DNA of 32,000 bases, taken from contig OX638337.1 in NCBI GenBank assembly GCA_951812855.1, positions 1,650,001-1,682,000 of the forward strand, read 5' to 3'. Numbering within the stretch: the first letter of the stretch is position 1; every line of letters begins with the position of its first letter. The position numbers and the translations under genes are program-made. This DNA comes from an uncultured Lentisphaeria bacterium (GTDB lineage: Bacteria > Verrucomicrobiota > Lentisphaeria > JABSQK01 > JAJFLO01). The notes beneath the pieces are model-generated. The model did no database searches, had not been told where the DNA came from, and saw nothing but the letters and a program-made list of their open reading frames with translations. Of the stretch, positions 26,759 through 32,000 are shown piece by piece.

Positions 26759-27583
26759 CTAAAATAGGTCACACGTTAATTTTTTACGTCTCAACAACCG
26801 TAACGCTTTTGGCCTGATAATCTGCTTTAATTTATCCAGACTAAGATTATTGATGTCTGAATAGATATCTAAAAACTTTTCAATTTCCCGAATACCGGTA
26901 TCCGTCTCTACAGCATTGATAACAAACCTGGAAATATCGCGACCGGCCAAATAATCCTGACTTATATTACGATGCATAATGGACGCATCCAGATCAACAA
27001 ACCAAAAATCAAAGGTATTTTCATTAACAAGAATATTCGTCCATTTCAAATCTCCATGGGAAATTCCAAGTTGGTGAATCACACTAATATTATTCAATAC
27101 ACGCTCAAAAAAATCTGATTTTAAGAGATTATCATATAATTTTTTGTTATAATAGGCAATATCTGCCAACATCGTGCAATGAGTTAATGTCTCACAACAG
27201 TAATATCCGGTACCGTTATAATCGCCGTTATGATAAATGAAATAGGCAATTGGTTTTGCTACCGGCACATTATTATTATACAAATGCCAGGCAATGTTCC
27301 ATACGTTAAGTGCACGACTTTGACCAAATATTAATTTTAGGATGCGAAATTGAGGAAGCAGCTTATATTCCTTAACGAAAATGTCACTTTCTTCAGTGAT
27401 CTGAACCAAACCCGTTTTAGTTTTTCTATCAGTTTTAATAATTTTTGCTTTACCAGTGAGCAAGCTAATCGGCTCATTTGCCTTATCAAGCCAGACATTT
27501 AATGGAGATTTTTTGATAACACCACCACGAACATTCTTATCTGAATACTCTCGAAATAGATTTTGATCTGCCGAATTGTCCAT
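26759..27583 (-). CDS. Lipopolysaccharide kinase (Kdo/WaaP) family protein
   Basis: IHQLGISHGDLKWTNILV...FWFVDLDAS gives the catalytic loop and the Mg-binding Asp. The N-lobe contains FVKEYKL. Confidence 0.8.
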   Translation of the reverse strand: MDNSADQNLFREYSDKNVRGGVIKKSPLNVWLDKANEPISLLTGKAKIIKTDRKTKTGLVQITEESDIFVKEYKLLPQFRILKLIFGQSRALNVWNIAWHLYNNNVPVAKPIAYFIYHNGDYNGTGYYCCETLTHCTMLADIAYYNKKLYDNLLKSDFFERVLNNISVIHQLGISHGDLKWTNILVNENTFDFWFVDLDASIMHRNISQDYLAGRDISRFVINAVETDTGIREIEKFLDIYSDINNLSLDKLKQIIRPKALRLLRRKKLTCDLF

Positions 27584-27669
27584 TACGGTCTCTTACAATG
27601 AAATTTTTATAATAAAAATAACTGAATCTGCAATATCCTGCAGATTCCGAAAACTGTCAATAATACACG

Positions 27670-28543
27670 ATGTTACAAAAACTTACAAAATTATTTCCTT
27701 TATTTGAAACTGTAGATTTTCAACTCACCGAACCTTATAAAATCCCATTTAAAGATCATGATATCGATTCTTTTGAATCGCTGATGAATACGCAATCAGG
27801 CACACTTGTCTCCTTTTCCAATGAAACACAAATCATACGCCTGTCATTGTCCGACAAGCAAAATTCCACTTTTTTTATCAAGCACAGTTTAAGCACAAGA
27901 TTTAATCGATCAATTACAATGTGTTTTCGATTAGCAAAACCACATACCCGGAGCATTAACGAATTTCAGCTTATTTCCCATCTTAAAAAAAGTGGATTTC
28001 CGGCCATGATTCCGGCAGAATGGGGAGAACAACGATTTTTAGGGTTACCTGTGCGAGACGTTCTTGTTGTAAGGGAAATCAAGGGAGTTGAACTCGAAGA
28101 AACATTTCTTAAAGCTGAAAATTCCGAAAAAGTGTAGATTAGTAAAACAAATGGGTACATTTTTAGGTCAACTGAACAAAGCTGGTTTTTTTCATACCAT
28201 TTGATTAAGAGATATCATTATTGCAAGTAAAAAAGATGACTATTGGGAGGCTGATAGTCTGGTACTTATTGATCGGGAAGTGACGAAGCCCCGGCCACGT
28301 AAATTCAGTCCCGACAAATGCTGTTACTGTTTGGCACGATGTTACGCAAAGTTTATTCGTGCAGAATTCACGCTGACACCAAAGCAGCGCCTGATTTTTC
28401 TAGACGCTTATATCCAGGAAATTTCTCCTTCCTGGTATCCCGGAAAACGTGAATTGTTAATCCGGACTTCCACCTGTCTCAGGAGAATTGTCAAAGATAA
28501 ACGATACATCAAGGCGTCAAAAGCCTTGAAAGGGAAGCTGTAG
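27670..28543 (+). pseudogene. Third LPS kinase paralog, disrupted by a +1 frameshift at an A5 run and an in-frame TGA
   Basis: The N-lobe ORF 27670-28137 ends at a TAG. The +1 frame continues the family pattern (KKCRLVKQMGTFLGQLNKAGFFHTI[TGA 28202-28204]LRDIIIASKKDD...LVLIDRE). Deleting one A from the run at 27127-28131 region, precisely 28127-28131, restores a single frame. Confidence 0.7.
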
Positions 28544-28569
28544 ATAAATACAAAATGCGGAAAGGCATA

Positions 28570-29022
28570 TTAATGTTTGTCCGATAACAGTCGGTCTATT
28601 ATATGCGTATATTCCCCCATCGGCCGGACTCCTGCTAATGATGCTTCTAATTTGTTGGAATAAAAGATATTAACAGTCGGAATCGATCTGATATTAAATC
28701 CAGATGCAAGTTTCTCAAACATATCAATGTCAACCGCAACGACCGTTATCTTTTCAGAATATTTTTCGGCAATCCTGGCAATTGTGGGTTTTAAGACTGT
28801 GCATGGAGGACACCAATCTGCATGAAAATCGACTAATACAATGTCATTTTCAGAGAGGATGGTTAAAAATTCAACTTCAGTTTTTAGTGCGATAACATCG
28901 GAGCTGGATTCTTGAGTTGTTTTATCATCAATTTTAGATGCATTTTCCAGTTCACTCCCCCCACACCCGGATAATAATGCAAACCCAATTGCGATTATAA
29001 GGAATTTTAGGCGTATTTTCAT
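28570..29022 (-). CDS. Thioredoxin-fold lipoprotein with a WCPPC active site
   Basis: The lipobox is FALLSGC. The thioredoxin motif reads VLVDFHADWCPPCTVLKP, and a cis-Pro context occurs in RSIPTV. Confidence 0.85.
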   Translation of the reverse strand: MKIRLKFLIIAIGFALLSGCGGSELENASKIDDKTTQESSSDVIALKTEVEFLTILSENDIVLVDFHADWCPPCTVLKPTIARIAEKYSEKITVVAVDIDMFEKLASGFNIRSIPTVNIFYSNKLEASLAGVRPMGEYTHIIDRLLSDKH

Positions 29023-29105
29023 TTTCTTAATATCTTATTCTTCACTTCGTTACCAAGGTATTTTGCAGTATTTCAGTTTGTATCGAATCTTCGTTTTCTA
29101 AAGAT

Positions 29106-29867
29106 TTATATGTGTTTGTCAGTGACACCGTTTTGTGTTCGATCGGTTAAAAAATATTGAATTTCAACTTCTTTTGTTAATGGAATTAACCATTTTTCAT
29201 AAATTTCAGCTATAGTTTCAGGATTGATTTTGTAGTTCATCCTTGCTGAATCTACACCGATATCCTGGCCATATGTTGCGGTTTTCATTTTGACTCGCTT
29301 TAACAAAATCAGTTCTAACTCTTTATTTGTCAGAGTTTTTAATATACCATCAGAATCACCATCCCGAATTAATCCTTGATATAGATCTGGCTTTTCTTGA
29401 TATTTGCATTCTGCGATAAACTTGCCATAATGGATTCGTTTTGACAGAGCTTGCAGGCAGGAAACGTCACAAGTTGCACTTGATCCATAATTTTCATCAT
29501 CACCACTCGAACAAATAACAGGAATAATTTCATTCATATAAATATTACAGATTTTACTATTAATGTTTATACAATTCGGCTGTATTAAATGTGGATAATC
29601 AATCAATGGTAAAACGGGTTCGGGCAGATTCTCGAAAAATGGATGCTCATCGGGACTGGTATACCGGCGAACCCTGGAATGAATTGCCTCTGTTTCTCGT
29701 AACAGATAATCGAGAAAAGAACCTGAATGATTCGCGATTGGAATTGAACCGACCTGATAAATCGCCCGGTTTTGTTTAAACTGAGCACGTTCAATCATCG
29801 CGAATATTATTGTTTCTTCCTGACGAATTAATTGTTCTCGTAAATTGTTGAGATTTAATGGTTCCAT
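29106..29867 (-). CDS. Chorismate mutase, eukaryotic (yeast Aro7/plant) type AroQ
   Basis: The ORF is collinear with yeast Aro7 as recalled: LNLNNLREQLIRQEETIIFAMIERAQF, GSFLDYLLRETEAIHSRVRRYTSPDEHPFF, GSSATCDVSCLQALSKRIHYGKFIAECKY and LIPLTKEVEIQYFL. The likely start is MEPLNL at 29867, while the track ORF starts at 29912. Confidence 0.88.
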   Translation of the reverse strand: MEPLNLNNLREQLIRQEETIIFAMIERAQFKQNRAIYQVGSIPIANHSGSFLDYLLRETEAIHSRVRRYTSPDEHPFFENLPEPVLPLIDYPHLIQPNCININSKICNIYMNEIIPVICSSGDDENYGSSATCDVSCLQALSKRIHYGKFIAECKYQEKPDLYQGLIRDGDSDGILKTLTNKELELILLKRVKMKTATYGQDIGVDSARMNYKINPETIAEIYEKWLIPLTKEVEIQYFLTDRTQNGVTDKHI

Positions 29868-30089
29868 TGATTTAAACTCTAAGTAAATTTTCCCGGGACA
29901 ATTCTCCAACACTAAAATTGACTGATCTAAATGATAATTGATAAATAACAGCTTTTATTTCGGTTACATATCTAATCTATTCGACGATCAGAGGGCATGA
30001 ATTATGCAACATGTTATTCGAATAAAATCACAATCCTGGAAGAGAGTGAAAGTCATCACTTAATAAATAATTTCTTCAAAATCCAGTAA

Positions 30090-30428
30090 TTGCCAAACAT
30101 AGTTGCATTAGTCCGGTTATCCAAAATAAATGACTATATTCCGTTATCAATACTATGTTTGCCGGGGAACGAAAAAAAATATGTGATTGACTGTTTAGAC
30201 TCAAACTCGATATCGTCAGTCGGCGGTTATGTTGACCAATTTGAAGAAGGGTTTTCTACATATTCAGGTTTTAAATATGCTGTTACAGTCACCAATGGGA
30301 CTGCCGCACTTCACTTAAATCTACTCGCATTGAATATTGATGAAGGCAATGAAGTTTTCGTCCCATCAGCAACGTTCACTGCTTCAGCAGATGCGATTCG
30401 ATATACTGGTGCTGATCCTGAAAATTTA
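30090..30428 (+). pseudogene. DegT/DnrJ/EryC1/StrS-family aminotransferase, 5' fragment truncated at repeat copy 2
   Basis: IPLSILCLPGNEKKYVIDCLDSNSISSVGGYVDQFEEGFSTYSGFKYAVTVTNGTAALHLNLLALNIDEGNEVFVPSATFTASADAIRYTGADP matches the N-terminal third of the DegT family. Homology stops exactly where the GC-rich element begins at 30429. The PLP-lysine region is absent. Confidence 0.75.
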
Positions 30429-30587
30429 GGGGGTGTAAGTTTCTTTCTGTAATTTCACTTCTCGTGGTGTCGCCCCGAAGGGAGACCCGAGTGGTTGCGG
30501 CAGCAATCGATTGTGCCGCCACTGCGGAGGGGTTAGACTGGACAAGTAGTATTTGTCTGATCTAACAACCGCAAGAGGAGGTTTTCC
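30429..30587 (+). repeat. GC-rich structured repeat element, copy 2
   Basis: This is the direct-orientation homolog of 7050-7216. It contains a perfect GCGGCA/TGCCGC stem around a loop carrying the palindrome AATCGATT. It also carries the conserved 3' hairpin GGTTAGA-CTG-GACAA/TTGTC-TGA-TCTAAC. Confidence 0.75.
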
Positions 30588-30698
30588 GGTAATGCAACTT
30601 TTCTTCTGCCCGCTCTGATTCTAATGTCTGCATCGTGTTTTCCTTTCTCTTTATTTACTGATTGACTAAAACCCCTGCCAACTTGCCCTTCAAAATAT

Positions 30699-31009
30699 TT
30701 GATTTTATCATTATCGTGTTTAATAAATCGGTCTGATGCTGGATATACCGATGCGGTTATTGAAGCAGAACAATCTTATCAACTTGGTCAGTATAACAAC
30801 ACTCCGGTGCAATTGTTTGAATTGCTGCAAAAGTGAAAGCATTGTCATTGCAGGAAAAAGCAGATGTACTATACAGACGGGCATTATGTCTTGAAGGCCT
30901 TGCTCAGCAGAGAGAAGCAATGGGCATTTATAAGTTTATTATATCTGCTTATCCAACGACTGAGTCTGCCTATTGTTCAAAAACACGATTGGAAATTCTG
31001 AGTAGCTAG
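30699..31009 (+). pseudogene. Small TPR (YbgF/CpoB-like) protein, frameshifted at an A-run
   Basis: The first frame reads ...DAGYTDAVIEAEQSYQLGQYNNTPVQLFELLQK and ends at TGA 30834-30836. The -1 frame continues as VKALSLQEKADVLYRRALCLEGLAQQREAMGIYKFIISAYPTTESAYCSKTRLEILSS and ends at TAG 31007-31009. Both parts show a TPR-like helical pattern. Confidence 0.45.
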
Positions 31010-31797
31010 TTTGTTTTTTTTCTGGCTAAACCACATCTGCTTTTTGAGATAAAATCAATGATCTCTGAAATTTCAGGGCTGTCAGGAAATATATCCTGGA
31101 TTTCTGTTGTTGCTTCTTCCAGGGTTAAGGTGGAACGAATAATTTTCTTGAATGCATCTGAAACTATTTTTATGGTTTCTTTCGATTTTCCATTTCGCTC
31201 CATACCAATTTTGTTAATCACTCTCATCTCTGCAGGTATTCCATCAGCAATAGTAAACGGCAGCACATCATGGGTTAACTTGGAATATCCTCCAATCATT
31301 GCCATTTTGCCGATTTTGACAAACTGTACAACCCCGGTATAGCCACCGATAATTGCATTATCGTCTACTTCAGTATGACCGGAAAGCATTGCACCGCTGC
31401 TCATAATTATATTATTCCCCAATCGGCATTCATGAGCAATATGACAGTAGGATTGAATGAAACAGTCATCGCCTATTAGAGTAATATTGCCTGTTCCTGT
31501 GGATGAATTGACCGTAACATATTCACGAATAATATTGTTATTACCAATTTTTACATAGGCAGTTTCACCCTTAAACTTCAAATCCTGTGTTTGTTTTCCA
31601 AGACAGCAGAATGAATACAGTTCACAAGCATTACCCAGAGTTAAATGTCCGTCTAAGACGACGTGACTTTGAAGTTTACAATTGTCTCCAATGCGAACGT
31701 GTTCTCCGATAATGCAATAAGGGCCAATTGTACAGTTGTCTCCAATTATGGCACCTTCAGAAATAATGGCTGTTTTATGAATGGATGCTGTACTCAT
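31006..31797 (-). CDS. lpxA: Acyl-ACP--UDP-N-acetylglucosamine O-acyltransferase
   Basis: The 263-aa ORF has hexapeptide repeats throughout (IHKTAIISEGAIIGDNCTIGPYCIIGEHVRIGDNCKL...). The C-terminal helical domain is present, and the gene sits in the fabZ-lpxA order. Confidence 0.93.
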   Translation of the reverse strand: MSTASIHKTAIISEGAIIGDNCTIGPYCIIGEHVRIGDNCKLQSHVVLDGHLTLGNACELYSFCCLGKQTQDLKFKGETAYVKIGNNNIIREYVTVNSSTGTGNITLIGDDCFIQSYCHIAHECRLGNNIIMSSGAMLSGHTEVDDNAIIGGYTGVVQFVKIGKMAMIGGYSKLTHDVLPFTIADGIPAEMRVINKIGMERNGKSKETIKIVSDAFKKIIRSTLTLEEATTEIQDIFPDSPEISEIIDFISKSRCGLARKKTN

Positions 31798-31807
31798 ATT
31801 ATTTAAT

Positions 31808-32000
31808 TTATTCAGGATTCATGATTGCAAATTTAAATTGTGCTTCAGCAACTAACGTATTGGAAATAAAGATCTTACCAACACATTTTCCAAATTTTTC
31901 CTTGATTGACTTTAATTCTGCGTGTACGACAAGTCGGTTTGCAGGAGTAACAGGCGTAAAAAAACTGGCATTGTCAATAGACATAAAATAGATAATTTTG
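31808..32000 (-). CDS. fabZ: 3-hydroxyacyl-ACP dehydratase, C-terminal part; the N-terminus lies off the window
   Basis: Manual translation gives ...KIIYFMSIDNASFFTPVTPANRLVVHAELKSIKEKFGKCVGKIFISNTLVAEAQFKFAIMNPE and ends at TAA 31808-31810. This matches the FabZ hot-dog fold C-terminus. The stop lies 10 nt upstream of the lpxA start. Confidence 0.9.
   Translation of the reverse strand, partial: KIIYFMSIDNASFFTPVTPANRLVVHAELKSIKEKFGKCVGKIFISNTLVAEAQFKFAIMNPE

Noticed and set aside
7050-30587. The two GC-rich repeats as a template/variable repeat pair of a diversity-generating retroelement
   Set aside because: Differences between the copies are not confined to adenine positions; they include C/G and T/C swaps, a hairpin replacement and an 11-nt indel. 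No reverse transcriptase lies nearby. Neither copy sits at the 3' end of an intact target gene.
1-32000. Genome-wide reassignment of TGA to Trp or Gly (genetic code 4 or 25), suggested by in-frame TGAs at Trp-aligned positions
   Set aside because: Long intact ORFs encode all their Trp residues with TGG and contain no TGA. These include the 1451-aa RHS body, the 659-aa kinase-GT4 fusion, gcvT and mtaD. In an AT-rich code-4 genome TGA would be the dominant Trp codon and would fragment these ORFs. In addition, efp and epmA end at TGA exactly where homologs end (...YVERVNKA and ...EVISFYD). Reading through the FkbM TGA would overlap the next gene by about 70 nt. TGG->TGA nonsense mutation in decaying genes explains the pattern better.
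1-32000. CRISPR arrays, rRNA genes, intact IS transposases or integrases
   Set aside because: No regularly spaced short repeats were seen. No rRNA-like conserved blocks were seen. No ORF carries DDE, serine recombinase or tyrosine recombinase motifs.

Overview
AT-rich chromosomal window from a diderm bacterium, as shown by lpxA/fabZ and Kdo/WaaP-type LPS kinases. Housekeeping genes sit at the edges and in islands: gcvT, an mtaD plus MTAP-family pair, a TetR regulator, tRNA-Asn, epmA-efp, a thioredoxin lipoprotein, a yeast-Aro7-type chorismate mutase, and lpxA-fabZ. The centre (about 13.4-23.9 kb, all minus strand) is a large RHS/YD-repeat polymorphic-toxin locus. It has a Sec-signal N-terminal module and a 1451-aa YD-repeat body carrying two embedded non-RHS domains. 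It carries a toxin tip, then two orphan toxin cassettes that repeat the RHS core-end block, then candidate immunity genes: a 186-aa internally duplicated protein, two HEAT-repeat proteins, and two small membrane proteins. A secreted C39-like peptidase lies directly upstream. Further upstream is an LPS-core cluster with three kinase paralogs, one fused to a GT4 glycosyltransferase and one decayed. Two other signals stand out. First, a roughly 160-bp GC-rich, hairpin-rich element occurs twice in direct orientation (7050-7216 and 30429-30587), each copy abutting a truncated gene. Second, the window holds an unusual number of interrupted genes. Some carry frame-preserving in-frame stops, several at positions where homologs have Trp. 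Others carry 1-nt indels in A-runs, and a 5-bp tandem duplication separates the RHS body from its toxin tip. Global TGA recoding was considered and rejected. No CRISPR array, rRNA, intact transposase or integrase was seen. The ORF track omits edge-truncated ORFs, so the two partial edge genes were called by manual translation.
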